DNA of 64,000 bases, from the IMG/VR virus record IMGVR_UViG_3300008267_000265, positions 1-64,000 of that record; one strand, 5' to 3'. The DNA comes from a virus. The position numbers and the translations under genes are program-made. The notes beneath the pieces were generated by a model. That model saw only the letters and a list, made by a program, of their open reading frames with translations, searched no databases and was not told the origin of the DNA. Positions 10,329-21,540 of the stretch are shown here, piece after piece; the stretch's first letter is position 1; each line of letters opens with the position of its first letter.

Positions 10329-10586
10329 TTAGTTTGCTTCAATTGGAGTAATTTCACCTGTTTCAACGTTGATTGATCCGTCTCCGTACTTCTCTCCTAA
10401 CGTTTTCATAAGTGCTTGTTGTGTGTCAACATTGCTCTTAATTGCTACTTTTAGGTTGTCTAACTCTAAATCAATTAGCGTTTTTTGATAGTGAATCTCA
10501 CCTAGCATAGCTGCTAAGCGGTTAGCTTCTGTTCTGTAGTTTTGGAATTGACTTAATTCTTCTGCTGTAAGTTGTTTTTTATCCAT
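10329..10586 (-). CDS. Small coiled-coil protein
   Basis: 85 aa heptad pattern ending KYGDGSINVETGEI. Confidence 0.6.
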   Translation of the reverse strand: MDKKQLTAEELSQFQNYRTEANRLAAMLGEIHYQKTLIDLELDNLKVAIKSNVDTQQALMKTLGEKYGDGSINVETGEITPIEAN

Positions 10587-10821
10587 TGTTTTGTTTTTTT
10601 GTAACTTGAGTTTTAGGTTTTTTTGTTGTTGGTGTTTTTGTTTTCTTAGGAGCTTTCATAATTGGAGCATCAGTTTTTTTAACTGGCTCTACAACTGGAG
10701 TTGACTCTTCTGTAGTATTCTCTATTGTTATCTGAGATGATACTACTGGTTTCTTAGCAGCTAACTTTGCAATAATGCCTGCTACTGCTAATACGGCGAT
10801 AAGTACAAGAACGAATGACAT
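10579..10821 (-). CDS. Small membrane-anchored protein
   Basis: N-terminal hydrophobic helix and a Lys/Pro-rich tail. Confidence 0.55.
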   Translation of the reverse strand: MSFVLVLIAVLAVAGIIAKLAAKKPVVSSQITIENTTEESTPVVEPVKKTDAPIMKAPKKTKTPTTKKPKTQVTKKQNNG

Positions 10822-10878
10822 AGTAGTTTGTTTATTTAATATAAATATATACGATTAAGAGAAAACGACCAAATCTTT

Positions 10879-11742
10879 TTAAAAAGTTGCTATAATTACT
10901 AAGCCGTCGCCTCCTTTACCTCCACGACCTCCCGCCGCTCCTACTCCAGGCCCTCCTGCTCCTCCTCCGCATCCAAATGCACCATCTCCTCCATTTCCAC
11001 CAACTCCCGCATTATTACCGCCTCCACACGCTCCTCCTGTTCCGTAGAAAGGCTTCCAACTCCATATTCCACTACCTCCTGCCGCTCCTGTATTAGCTCC
11101 TCCAGCTGGTATGGTTGGAGTCGTAAATACAGAGAAGTTAGCAGTTAGTATTCCTGCTCCTACAGCATTTGTTCCACCTCCTGGGTGTCCGCCTCCTGCT
11201 GATAATGTATAAACTGGATATGCTGAGATGTTCGTAGTCGATGTACTTGTTCCTCCTGTTGCTGACCAAGTTGCTAGGTTTAATAGATATGCGTTTATTA
11301 TTCCTGCTGTTGTTTCCCCACTTCCCGCTACTGTTGCTGCTGCGTTACCTGACGTACATACTATATTCATTGTATTACCTGAGCTAGCTGATACCGCTAC
11401 AAAACTCTTGTTTCCTGCTCCTCCTTGATTTGCTGCTGATGTTGATGTTGTACCTGCTCCACCAGCTCCACCTGGACCTGGCTGCACGTATAAAGTATCG
11501 GGTAGTACATTTGCTGGAAATAATGCTTTTGTTATACCTCCACCACCACCACCGTTAACCGATATAGCTGATATTGTAGATCCTGATACTCCGCCTGACC
11601 CGCCAGATCCTCCTCCGATACACATTATCCAAACAAAGTTACAGTTTCTTGGCTTATTCCAAGTTTGCCAGGTTGTAGTTCCTTGTGAGTAAAATACTTT
11701 TATACCTTCTTGTTGATTCGGTATATTGAATACATCTAACAT
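10879..11742 (-). CDS. Glycine-rich adhesin-like protein, paralogue 3
   Basis: MLD...TWNKPR...CIGGG...GKGGDGLVII. Confidence 0.7.
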   Translation of the reverse strand: MLDVFNIPNQQEGIKVFYSQGTTTWQTWNKPRNCNFVWIMCIGGGSGGSGGVSGSTISAISVNGGGGGGITKALFPANVLPDTLYVQPGPGGAGGAGTTSTSAANQGGAGNKSFVAVSASSGNTMNIVCTSGNAAATVAGSGETTAGIINAYLLNLATWSATGGTSTSTTNISAYPVYTLSAGGGHPGGGTNAVGAGILTANFSVFTTPTIPAGGANTGAAGGSGIWSWKPFYGTGGACGGGNNAGVGGNGGDGAFGCGGGAGGPGVGAAGGRGGKGGDGLVIIATF

Positions 11743-11746
11743 ACTT

Positions 11747-12631
11747 TTAAAAACTTGTTGTTGTTGTTATAATTACTATTCCGCTACCTCCGTTTCCTCC
11801 ATTACCTCCTAAAGCACCGCCTCCGCCTCCACCACCACCGCCTGAACCGTATGATCCATCACCTCCTCTACCTCCGGTAGTTGTGCTACCAGCACCGCCA
11901 GTTCCTCCCATAAAAGATAGTACTGGTTCAGTTATTATCGGTCCGTTAGATCCGTTAGGAGCGGTGACTCCTGTTGCAGCTAATGGGCCTGGTATAGCTG
12001 GGAAGTATCCATTTGCTACGTAGCCCCCACCTGCAACTTGAGCACCTCCTCCACATCCGGCTAACGTTATTGAAATCGGGGTTATACTAGTTCCAGCACT
12101 TACAGCTCCACCAAGTACACCAGCTGCCCCAGCAATAGCTGTAAAACTTGCTATATTCAAGAAAATAGCACCTGCAACTGTTGCTATTGTTTCTCCAGCT
12201 CCACCACCATTACCTGCAGCACCTCTAGCAGATGTTATGCCTGATGTACATACTATGTTTGCTATAGACGATGCATCTGGAATTATACAAATATTTGATT
12301 TCTCAGCATTTTGAGCTGGGTTGAATGTTGAGGTAGAACTTCCTAGACTACCGGATCCTCCAGCTCCTATATAAACATATAATAAGTCTGGTAGCACGGA
12401 TGCTTGATAGTATGCGCGAACTACACCACCTGCTCCACCGCTACCGCCACCAGTACCTCTTGCTGTAACTCCTGTCACTGCTCCTCCAGCTCCACCACCT
12501 CCTCCACCAATGCATAGTATATTTACAAACTTAGCTCCTCTTGGTTTTACCCATGTTACCCAAGATCCTGCATTTGTGAATGTTTGTGTATTTACGTTAC
12601 CGCTATTTCGAAAATATGATAAATCTAACAT
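11747..12631 (-). CDS. Glycine-rich adhesin-like protein, paralogue 2
   Basis: MLD...TWVKPRGAKF...GNGGSGIVII. Confidence 0.7.
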   Translation of the reverse strand: MLDLSYFRNSGNVNTQTFTNAGSWVTWVKPRGAKFVNILCIGGGGGGAGGAVTGVTARGTGGGSGGAGGVVRAYYQASVLPDLLYVYIGAGGSGSLGSSTSTFNPAQNAEKSNICIIPDASSIANIVCTSGITSARGAAGNGGGAGETIATVAGAIFLNIASFTAIAGAAGVLGGAVSAGTSITPISITLAGCGGGAQVAGGGYVANGYFPAIPGPLAATGVTAPNGSNGPIITEPVLSFMGGTGGAGSTTTGGRGGDGSYGSGGGGGGGGGALGGNGGNGGSGIVIITTTTSF

Positions 12632-13543
12632 TTACAATATTGTTGTTATTATTACTAGTCCATCACCGCCCTTACCCCCTCTACCGCCAGCTGTCACGCC
12701 AGCGCCACCACCGCCGCCACCTGATCCGTATCCACCATTCCCTCCAGTCCCTCCAGTACCTCCAACTGCTACTGTCCCTCCACCTCCTGCTCCGCTCATG
12801 CTACAGAGTGGGTTCAATGATGCATACCCTGATTCAGCAGATCCTGATTGAGGACCTCCATTTACATTTGCAGTTAGAACTGCAGTTGCAGCTGTGTTAG
12901 TGCCTCCGTTTCCAAATGTACCTGCCGTCCCGTTTTTAAACCCTCCACTTGCACCTCCCATCGCTAAGTTGTTTGATGCAAAAGCGGCTGATCCATTACC
13001 TGCTGTTATTAATCCGGTTATGCCGTTTACACCTGCAACTGGTATAATACTCAATCCTATCGTAGCTCCTAAAATAGTATTTCCAGGTACTACTGCAATT
13101 AGACCACCTGTACCTCCTGTTGCGTTACCGCTTGCACCGGCATTTCCACCGCTTCCTCCATTTGTATTGCCTGATGATAAGATGCCTGGGATTATTGCGT
13201 TAGTTGGCGCTATGGAAACAATACTAATAGTACCGCCACTCCCATTGCCACCGCTCGCTCCACCTGCTCCACCTGCCCCTACCTGGATATATAAAATGTC
13301 GGGTAGTAGGAATGCTGGGTAGAATCCTCTGCAGTATGCTGCTGATCCACCTCCGCCGCCTCCTGATCTAGTTGTGGCTCCGGTTGCAAAGCCACCGCCT
13401 CCACCACCGCCTCCGCCGCCCATAGCAAATATTTGTAGGAACTTAGCTCCACGTGGTTTTTTCCACGTCTGCCAAGCACTTCCCATTGTGTAAAATATTT
13501 GAGAGGTTGTTTCAGTTGCAGGTATATTAAATATATCTAACAT
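12632..13543 (-). CDS. Glycine-rich adhesin-like protein, paralogue 1
   Basis: MLD...TWKKPRGAKF...GKGGDGLVII. Confidence 0.7.
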   Translation of the reverse strand: MLDIFNIPATETTSQIFYTMGSAWQTWKKPRGAKFLQIFAMGGGGGGGGGGFATGATTRSGGGGGGSAAYCRGFYPAFLLPDILYIQVGAGGAGGASGGNGSGGTISIVSIAPTNAIIPGILSSGNTNGGSGGNAGASGNATGGTGGLIAVVPGNTILGATIGLSIIPVAGVNGITGLITAGNGSAAFASNNLAMGGASGGFKNGTAGTFGNGGTNTAATAVLTANVNGGPQSGSAESGYASLNPLCSMSGAGGGGTVAVGGTGGTGGNGGYGSGGGGGGAGVTAGGRGGKGGDGLVIITTIL

Positions 13544-13551
13544 AAACTAGT

Positions 13552-13740
13552 TTATGGTTGTTGTGCGCAAGCTGGCGGTTGTGCGTATCTATCTATTAAA
13601 TGAAATGCTACTGGTAGTCCAATTTCATTACAATCTTTATCGATTGCTTTTACAAAGACTTGCCAGTCATCTTCTACTACATAGTAAAATTCAGGGTCTT
13701 GTAATGTTCCTGTATCATCATGTGATAATATATAATGCAT
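13552..13740 (-). CDS. Small hypothetical protein (fibre accessory?)
   Basis: 62 aa ORF filling the gap in the operon. Confidence 0.5.
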   Translation of the reverse strand: MHYILSHDDTGTLQDPEFYYVVEDDWQVFVKAIDKDCNEIGLPVAFHLIDRYAQPPACAQQP

Positions 13741-13755
13741 ATTGTATGAGTTTTA

Positions 13756-14184
13756 TTATGGTGTTGTATAAGATCCTCCTACTGCTGATGCATACCAACC
13801 GCCGCCTGCTGATTGAGCTGTTGCAAGCGTTGCTAATATTCTATATCCGGCTGGTAATGCTGCGTTTACTGGTAATTCGTATACTGCTGTTGCGGCTGTT
13901 TGAGTTGCTGATGTTAGCGGTAACGTAATTTCATCGAATAATACGTTGTTTGCTGCACTGCCCGTTGCTTGACCGTTATTAATGAATATACGAGCTGCTG
14001 TTGCTGTAGTAGATCCTGATGCTTTGAATCTAACTCTCTGTACAAAGCTTCCTGAAATAGAGGCTGAGAAGACTATTGCTGCGTTAGCAGCTGTTGCATC
14101 GTACGTAGAGTTTACCGCTGTTAATACAGTTGTCCACTGTATATCTCCTACTCCTGAGTAAATTGGTGCTGTGTTTAATGCCAT
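13756..14184 (-). CDS. Virion fibre-associated beta-rich protein
   Basis: MALNTAPIY...RIFINNG...LFDEITLP...LPAGYRI. Confidence 0.6.
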   Translation of the reverse strand: MALNTAPIYSGVGDIQWTTVLTAVNSTYDATAANAAIVFSASISGSFVQRVRFKASGSTTATAARIFINNGQATGSAANNVLFDEITLPLTSATQTAATAVYELPVNAALPAGYRILATLATAQSAGGGWYASAVGGSYTTP

Positions 14185-14196
14185 AATTGTTTATAT

Positions 14197-15427
14197 TTAA
14201 AATAAGTTTGAATATCCTATTGCTATTGCTACTACTTTACCTTGTGATAAGCCTCCTCCACCTCCACCAGTTGAATTAATTGTCACATCTCCTGTTCCTG
14301 ACGGACCTGTGGAAGTTATTGATATATTTGTTCCTGCTACGATTGGAGGAACTTAGTACTGTTCCTATTACATTTGATGCCGTTACGAAAGAAGCAGTTT
14401 GTGCTGTCGTAGCAAAGGATGCTGATGTTATGGTACCCGAAAACGATCCTGTAAATCCTGCTGTAGATGTTACACTTCCGCTGAATATGGCAGGGCCTAT
14501 ATTTGTAAAAGTAGATGAACCTGATACGATTAATGATCCTGTTATTTGTACTTGCGATCCTGATGCGAATATTAAATTGCTTCTGTTGAGGTCACTAGTT
14601 CCGTTTCCTATTATAAAAGCATTTGGATCTGTTAATGGAATGTTATAGGCTCCTTCTACGTGTTGAAAATCACCGTACGCTATTGTACCCAGTCCTTCTG
14701 CATGTGATGCATCTCCTACCGCCAAGCTTCCGCTGCCTTCTGCATGTGAGTAATCGCCATATGTTATGGTTTTACGACCTTCAACATGGGATGCTAATGC
14801 TGATGGAAACGTTTCGCTGGCGTTGTAAGGCGTAGGTGTTGTTGTTGATGTAAAATATAAAGTTCCGTTAACGGACGCGTCTACTAATTGTATTGATACT
14901 GTTCCAGCAAAACCTATCTCAGATGGTGTGTAGGTTACTGATTGTATTTCGTAAAGTGTTCCTTCAATATTCAAGTACTTACCAAAATCGCTACTGAAGT
15001 CAACTCCTGGATCGAGAACGATGTTGACTAATCCGGAGCTAAAAGAGAGATAGTACCAGAGCTGTCCAGCTGTAGTGCCTTCTCCTTCTGCGTGAGTGTA
15101 GCTGCTAACAGCAATTGGGTTACTGCCGTTTGAAAGTTTACCAAGAGTTATTAAATCCGATGTAAAGTATCCACCACCATCAACAGTTAGTTTTTGATAC
15201 AGAGTCGTTGTACCGATTCCTATCTGAGCAGCATTTTCATAAATTACACTTGCTGTTAATTGTGTTGATCCGTTCCATTTAGCTATGTAGCTATCTGTAC
15301 CGCCTTGAAGATTACTTGCTGTACCGAATAGTGATCCGGTTATGCCGTTTGTAACTGTTAATGATCCAGTTACTATAGAATTATTTTGTGAGATGAGCCC
15401 GTTCTTGGCTACAAATTCATTTGCCAT
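14197..15427 (-). CDS. Tail fibre protein with SHAEG (Hep/Hag-like) repeats; frame broken near 14344
   Basis: MANEFVAKNGL start and SHAEG repeats. The natural-looking C-terminus IVAGTNISIT...GYSNLF* is in another frame (14197-14343). Confidence 0.7.
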
Positions 15428-15432
15428 GTTTA

Positions 15433-15456
15433 ATTAGTTTTCACTATCCAACTAAT
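15433..15456 (-). promoter_or_regulatory. Leader stem-loop ATTAGTT-GGATAGTGAA-AACTAAT
   Basis: Perfect 7-bp stem ending 5 nt before the ATG at 15427. Confidence 0.45.
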
Positions 15457-15462
15457 AGTCTA

Positions 15463-17241
15463 TTATAAATAGGTAGCTATCATTTTTACAGTCCATGCTG
15501 ATGATGCTGCTACTGCGTTAATTTGAATTTGACTTGAGACTATTGCTGCTTGGAATGTTATATCTGATGTGTTTCCTATATCTACTGTTGCGTTATCGTA
15601 GTATGATGTTGATGTACCGTTCCACGATACTACAAATTCACCTGCTCTTGAATTAGCTCCTTTGTAGACTGTATACCTACAATGAGCTGATGTCCACGAT
15701 CCAGTTGCTTGCTGGAACATATTGTTCGATCCAACTATTGTAGATGCATACTTTGAGAAATCTGTTAGTGTTTCGTCTATTGTAAGTGTTGATGTTACAA
15801 CGAAGTTTGATCCACTCTGTGCATTTATTGCATTAATTACAGTTCCAGTTACTAGTGACGCTGTTTGAGCAAAACTTGCTGTACCTGCAAACTGAGATGT
15901 GTTGGATCCAGTGTACGCGTTAAAGCTCGACGTCGTCACTAATCCACTAGTATCTACTGATCCACCTCCTGCATTCATAGCATATGATGCTGTTAGTGCG
16001 TATGATGATGATCCTAATAGTGATCCTGTTATATTCGCAGCAAGTAATGATCCAGTTACTGTAAGCCCGTTTGTAAAATTACCTGAGCCTGATACATCTA
16101 GTTTGTAGTTTGGAGTGGTTGTACTTATACCTACATTTGTATTAGCTCTAATATAGAGAGCAGTATCTAAAATAGAAGAACCATTTCTTACTTGAATAAA
16201 AAAATCACCAGTATAAAGACCTGTACCTCCACCTAATGTTATTAATCTAGATCCTAATCTAGCTACAGCTGTAGGACCATTACCATGAGCAAATGAAAAT
16301 AGAGAAAATGTGTTAAGAGTTGTTGCTCTATTATATGTTGATATTGTAGATCCTAATGTCAAATCTGTTAAATCAGTTTGAGAATCAGCGGTTGTTACTC
16401 GAAGTACATTAGTACTAAAAGTACTTCCACTTACTTCTAATCTAGTATCAGGACTATTTACTCCTATACCAACTCTATTAGCGCCTCCATCTACAAATAA
16501 TGTATTACTATCTATATTTAGATTACCCAACAAACTCATAGTAGCCGCATTCATTACAATGCTATCTGTTGTAGCATCGCCAAATGTCATATTCCCTGAG
16601 ACGATTAGATTTCCATTTAAGACAGTTGCTCCTGAAACAAATAAGGATCCTGATGTGCTTGGTCCATTTATTGCTATTCTATATCCTAAATCTCTAATAG
16701 TGATACCACTTTGAGATGGTTCAAATACGAAGTTTCCTGATGAGGAGAACATAGTAGCTACTACTGTATTTCCTGCGCTGCCTGATTGAAAAACTAGATC
16801 GCGTGTATTTGCTCGTATGATATTTGTTACAATGTGAGATGTAAATGTGTTACCGCTTGCTCTCATATCTCCAGATACATCAAGTTGCACACCAGGAGAG
16901 ATTGTACCTATACCAACTCTATTAGCTGCTCCATCAACATATAAAGTATTACTATCTATATTTAATATACCATTACCACTGCCTAGACTCATTGTGGTAG
17001 CGGTTAATGTAATAGTATCTGTACTTGTATCACCTAATGCAACGTTGCCTGATACGATTAAATTATTTCTCACAGTAAAGGCATCAGCGCTTGATGCTGT
17101 GGCGGCATGAGATGCACTGACGGTGTTTAGAACATTATTAGCCCAGCTCGCAGTTCCAAATAAACTACCCGTAAAGCTAGTTGCAGTTACTGATCCTGTT
17201 ACATTTAGTGATCCTGTTACTATGGGTTGAAATATTCTCAT
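15463..17241 (-). CDS. Tail fibre protein
   Basis: Repeated NRVGIG/LDVSGS fibre motifs, an internal duplication, TGS and ASYA repeats. Confidence 0.75.
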   Translation of the reverse strand: MRIFQPIVTGSLNVTGSVTATSFTGSLFGTASWANNVLNTVSASHAATASSADAFTVRNNLIVSGNVALGDTSTDTITLTATTMSLGSGNGILNIDSNTLYVDGAANRVGIGTISPGVQLDVSGDMRASGNTFTSHIVTNIIRANTRDLVFQSGSAGNTVVATMFSSSGNFVFEPSQSGITIRDLGYRIAINGPSTSGSLFVSGATVLNGNLIVSGNMTFGDATTDSIVMNAATMSLLGNLNIDSNTLFVDGGANRVGIGVNSPDTRLEVSGSTFSTNVLRVTTADSQTDLTDLTLGSTISTYNRATTLNTFSLFSFAHGNGPTAVARLGSRLITLGGGTGLYTGDFFIQVRNGSSILDTALYIRANTNVGISTTTPNYKLDVSGSGNFTNGLTVTGSLLAANITGSLLGSSSYALTASYAMNAGGGSVDTSGLVTTSSFNAYTGSNTSQFAGTASFAQTASLVTGTVINAINAQSGSNFVVTSTLTIDETLTDFSKYASTIVGSNNMFQQATGSWTSAHCRYTVYKGANSRAGEFVVSWNGTSTSYYDNATVDIGNTSDITFQAAIVSSQIQINAVAASSAWTVKMIATYL

Positions 17242-17244
17242 CTT

Positions 17245-20200
17245 TTATGCTATCTGTGTTACTGTTACTGTTATTGATGGTGTTGCTGGGAATCCACTTC
17301 CTGCAGCAGTATACGGAAAGGATGTATTTGCTCCGTTGGAATGGTACCATATTTCGATATACTCTCCTGCGTTTATAGATTGTGCAAATTGAGACGTTAC
17401 AGCTGTTTGACTATTGTTTTCCAATTGTATAATCGTACTCGAATTATCTACATTAGATCCTGTTTTCCTAAACCATATACGTAAGGTAGGTGTAGTATTT
17501 CCTTGTTGTGCTAGTGCTGCGTATTGTATGTTATATAATCCTGTGTTTTCAAAAGTCATCCTACTACTACTAACTATACTTACACCGTCCTTAAAATATG
17601 TTAGTGGTAGTTCAATAGACGCTGATACGTTTTGAGTCGCTGTTATAGAGCCGGTATTAGCAAATTGAGCATAGTTAAATAGTTTGTTACCCCATCTTGT
17701 AAATGAAGAACCGCTTATAACGTTGATGTTGCCTATTACATTTAATGATCCTGTTATAGTTGAATTACCTGTAAGGCTTTGGTTTCCATTAATGAAGGAC
17801 GACCCTGTAAAATACTGAGATCCGGTTACTGTGAATGTCGTATTTGAGAATGTAGAGGTGCCCCTTACGTCGAAGTTTCCTAGTACTTTTGTTGATCCAG
17901 TTACTATAAACTCACTATTGTGAAAATTAGAAGATCCACTAACTTCAATACTACCGCTCATTACCGTATTCCCCAAAATTGTATTACTTCCACTTAGAGT
18001 GTGGTTACCGTAGAACGCCGATGTACCGTTAAATGTCTGAGATCCACTTATGTTAATTGATCCTGATAGTACTGTGTTTCCTATTAATGTGTTATTGCCC
18101 GTTTGTGTTGTTGAACCGGTAATGTTGACCGATCCTGTAAAGTATGAGTTACCTACTTGATTTCCTATACCTGTGAATGTCTGAGATCCGCTTATATCTA
18201 TACTACCGCTTAAAACTGTAGTACCTATTAATATATTATTACCGGTTTGTGTAGTAGAGCCTGTTACACTTAGAGAGCCAGTTAAAGTAGTTAGCCCTAT
18301 ATTTGTGAATGTACTCGATCCAGATACGGTAAGTGAACCAGTTATTGTGTATGATCCACTTAGTTGTTTTGTATTAACCCAAACACCGTTACCGTTGCGC
18401 ATTAGTAAATCTCCATATGCTAATGAACCTGTATTAATCAATACATTGTGAAGCTCATCTAATTCATAGCCGTTATCCACTTTTACAAAGATAGATCCGT
18501 TAGGACTTGCTTGTACAACGTATCCTAATCTAACTGAGTGACTTGGGGCAGATGGTGGTATATTCGTTATTCCTCCAAATGTAGTGGGAGACAGATAAAG
18601 TCCGTCTCCATCAACCCAAGTTTCTCCTTGCAATGTTCCTCTTGTATCAATATTTCGTACTAATCCATAGGTAGTAACAAAACCTTCTTGGTTAATAGCT
18701 ATATTCTCTGTTACTAATCCTATTGTATCTAATGAATTTGCATCACCATCTCCTTTAGCTAGTGCCACTTTTATTCTATTTCCTTGAGCACCATCCAATC
18801 TTACAACCTGATATCCTGCTTCTGTTAGGTTGGTTCCGGTTTTGTTTACGACACGGACTACTTCTTCTTGTCCTATTTGTAAAGTAACGCTGCCTCCTTT
18901 TAATCCTAAATCTAATGTACCGTCGACATCATTCCATTTTAATCTACCTACTGCTCCTGCATTTGATGCCGTTGTATCAAAGTCGATATAATCAACTCCT
19001 GATATGTAGGATGACCCCGACATTATGATAGAGCCTGTTAGTATTACATCTTGATATAGTGGATTAAGGTAGGATGCTGTTTGTGAATTTATAGCATTAC
19101 TAGCACTAGTTGCCCAGCTCGCAGTTCCAAATAGTGATCCCGTAGCTCCATTTACTAAAGTTACACTACCGTTAAATGTAGTTGATCCTGATATTGATAA
19201 TGAACCTGTTATTGTTTGGTTGCCTCTAAATGTATTTGATCCTGTTGTTGCTAATGATGCTGACTTGGCTACAAATACTGGATCTGTTTCTATGTAGTAT
19301 GACGCTGTCTGAGCATAGTCTGAGAAAGTTGCGTATGATGCTGATAAGGCTGTTCCTGTTGTACCGCCCGTAGATCCAATAGCAAATCCACTTTCTTGAG
19401 TCGGAAATGTTATAATAGCACTTGCTGTGTCTACTAGTTGTATGTTTTCCGGTATGATTTGATTATAGTTAGAATCAAATACAGTTATGATAGGTGTTCT
19501 AGTACCGAGATCGTGGTTGAACGTAAAAGATGTTGTGTTGACGAAAGATCCGGTTACGAGTGATCCTGAAATGATTGTTACGCCTCCGCCTGCAGATGCT
19601 ATAACTGTTACCGCTCCTTGACCGTTAGATGGGAGGAGTGTTATACCCGATCCAGCTATTAGCTGCGTTACACCTCCATTTCCTGCTATTGCTGCATAGT
19701 CAGCAGAAGTTGCAGTATTCGACTGTAGGGCATGTGATGCACTTGTTACTGTTCCTACTACGTTTGCCGCAGCTACAAATGAAGCTGTTTGTGCAGTTTG
19801 TACATACGATGCTGTTTGAGCAAATGAGCTACTGACTGCTTGTAATACGTAAGATGCAGTTTGAGCAAATGAAGCTGTTTGTGCTAGTGATGCTGTAGTT
19901 GCAAATGAACTACTAACTGCTTCTAGTACGTAGGATGCTGTTTGAGCAAATGATGCCGTCTGTGCTAGTGATGCTGTAAAAGCATACGAAGCTGTGCCTG
20001 CGAATTGAGACGTATTTGATCCTGTGTATGCATTGAAGCTTGACGTTGTAACAACCGAGCTTGTAAACGCATTGAAAGAACTTGTTGTTACGAATGATCC
20101 TGTATCGACTGCAGAACCTCCTGCATTTAATGCGTAGGATGCTGTTAAAGCGTACGATGCACTTCCAAACAGCGATCCAGTAATACTTGATGCATTTAAG

Positions 20201-21540
20201 GAACCTGTGATCTGTTGACTACCTGATACTATTACCGTTCCTACTAATGTTTGTACATCGTCCGTGTTATCACCAAATATATTTGATCCACTTGAGTATA
20301 TTACAGAGGCTGATTCGTAGGTTACATTTAGAAATGTTACCGATGCTGTTCCGTTTACAGTTACATTTCCATTTATCGTACCTCCTGTGAGTGGTAGATA
20401 GGCTGGTGCGAAAGATGCTGTTTCAGCGTAGCTTGCACTTCCGTATAGTGATCCGGTTATACCTCCGAGTACAACTAGGTCTGTATCAATCTCTAACGAA
20501 CCAGTTATGTTGTGGAGGTTGTTAGCATTTAATTCAAACTTCCTATCTACTTCTGTATCCGGTCCGCCTACAAAGAACTGTAGTGGTTTATTAGGAGTTG
20601 CATTACCAATGTGAAGATGGCTACCAGTAGCGTATAGGTATGCATCATTAGGTCCACCTAAGAATCCGCTGAAGTTATCGCTATTGATACCCATATCAAT
20701 GTAGTTGCCATTCTCGTTTCCGTTACCTGCTGTTGCAACTACATCTGATGATGCATTCGTACCTTGATTTGTATTTTGAATGTTAAGCTGTAGGTAGCTA
20801 TTAAGGTTACCTTTACCGCTTATTACATTAATTGATGTTGGATTTGGTTGATAGACGTATAATGCTTCTGGATTGTCTATTGTAGCATTGTCTTGGTTTA
20901 TTACTACAGTGCTGGAACCTGATTGATATAGAGAGCTTGTAGCAAGTGTTGTATCTGTGATGAAATATGGTATGTGAGTTGCTTTACCTCCTAAAATAGC
21001 TGATGCTGTTGTTGAGTTAAGAGCGTATGACGCACTCACTGCATTTTGTGCGTAGGATGCTGTTTGTGCGTTTTGTGCGTATGAGGCTGTTCTTGCATAA
21101 CTAGCTGTCACTGCAAAACTACTACTCAATACCCTCATCGAACTAGTCTGCGATGTCAACACATAAGGTGCTAACATAGAGCTAGTTGCGGTCAGCGGTA
21201 AGTAGGCTGGTGCAAAGGATGCTGTTGAGGCATTTGTTGCATTTAGTGCATATGATGAGCTGATTGCATTATCGATCGTACCTGATACGTTTACTGCGTA
21301 CGATGCTGTTAGAGCATTTATAGACCAGCTAGCTGTTGCAGCGTAGGATGCTGTGCCCGGAAAAGATCCCGTATACGTAGTGGAAACTAGAGAGACTATT
21401 GATTGTGTAGTATCGACTTCTTGCTTAAGATAGACGGCACCGTCGTAGGTATTAATTGCTAACTCACCTAAGTCTAGCGATGCGGTGGTTGGTATTTTAC
21501 CTGGTACGGAACTACGTTTCAGTTCTATCTTAACTGCCAT
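17245..21540 (-). CDS. Long tail fibre protein (1431 aa)
   Basis: N-terminal IELKRS...P...L.LGELAINTYDG fibre-anchor motif; many TASYA and TGS/SGS repeats. Confidence 0.8.
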   Translation of the reverse strand: MAVKIELKRSSVPGKIPTTASLDLGELAINTYDGAVYLKQEVDTTQSIVSLVSTTYTGSFPGTASYAATASWSINALTASYAVNVSGTIDNAISSSYALNATNASTASFAPAYLPLTATSSMLAPYVLTSQTSSMRVLSSSFAVTASYARTASYAQNAQTASYAQNAVSASYALNSTTASAILGGKATHIPYFITDTTLATSSLYQSGSSTVVINQDNATIDNPEALYVYQPNPTSINVISGKGNLNSYLQLNIQNTNQGTNASSDVVATAGNGNENGNYIDMGINSDNFSGFLGGPNDAYLYATGSHLHIGNATPNKPLQFFVGGPDTEVDRKFELNANNLHNITGSLEIDTDLVVLGGITGSLYGSASYAETASFAPAYLPLTGGTINGNVTVNGTASVTFLNVTYESASVIYSSGSNIFGDNTDDVQTLVGTVIVSGSQQITGSLNASSITGSLFGSASYALTASYALNAGGSAVDTGSFVTTSSFNAFTSSVVTTSSFNAYTGSNTSQFAGTASYAFTASLAQTASFAQTASYVLEAVSSSFATTASLAQTASFAQTASYVLQAVSSSFAQTASYVQTAQTASFVAAANVVGTVTSASHALQSNTATSADYAAIAGNGGVTQLIAGSGITLLPSNGQGAVTVIASAGGGVTIISGSLVTGSFVNTTSFTFNHDLGTRTPIITVFDSNYNQIIPENIQLVDTASAIITFPTQESGFAIGSTGGTTGTALSASYATFSDYAQTASYYIETDPVFVAKSASLATTGSNTFRGNQTITGSLSISGSTTFNGSVTLVNGATGSLFGTASWATSASNAINSQTASYLNPLYQDVILTGSIIMSGSSYISGVDYIDFDTTASNAGAVGRLKWNDVDGTLDLGLKGGSVTLQIGQEEVVRVVNKTGTNLTEAGYQVVRLDGAQGNRIKVALAKGDGDANSLDTIGLVTENIAINQEGFVTTYGLVRNIDTRGTLQGETWVDGDGLYLSPTTFGGITNIPPSAPSHSVRLGYVVQASPNGSIFVKVDNGYELDELHNVLINTGSLAYGDLLMRNGNGVWVNTKQLSGSYTITGSLTVSGSSTFTNIGLTTLTGSLSVTGSTTQTGNNILIGTTVLSGSIDISGSQTFTGIGNQVGNSYFTGSVNITGSTTQTGNNTLIGNTVLSGSINISGSQTFNGTSAFYGNHTLSGSNTILGNTVMSGSIEVSGSSNFHNSEFIVTGSTKVLGNFDVRGTSTFSNTTFTVTGSQYFTGSSFINGNQSLTGNSTITGSLNVIGNINVISGSSFTRWGNKLFNYAQFANTGSITATQNVSASIELPLTYFKDGVSIVSSSRMTFENTGLYNIQYAALAQQGNTTPTLRIWFRKTGSNVDNSSTIIQLENNSQTAVTSQFAQSINAGEYIEIWYHSNGANTSFPYTAAGSGFPATPSITVTVTQIA

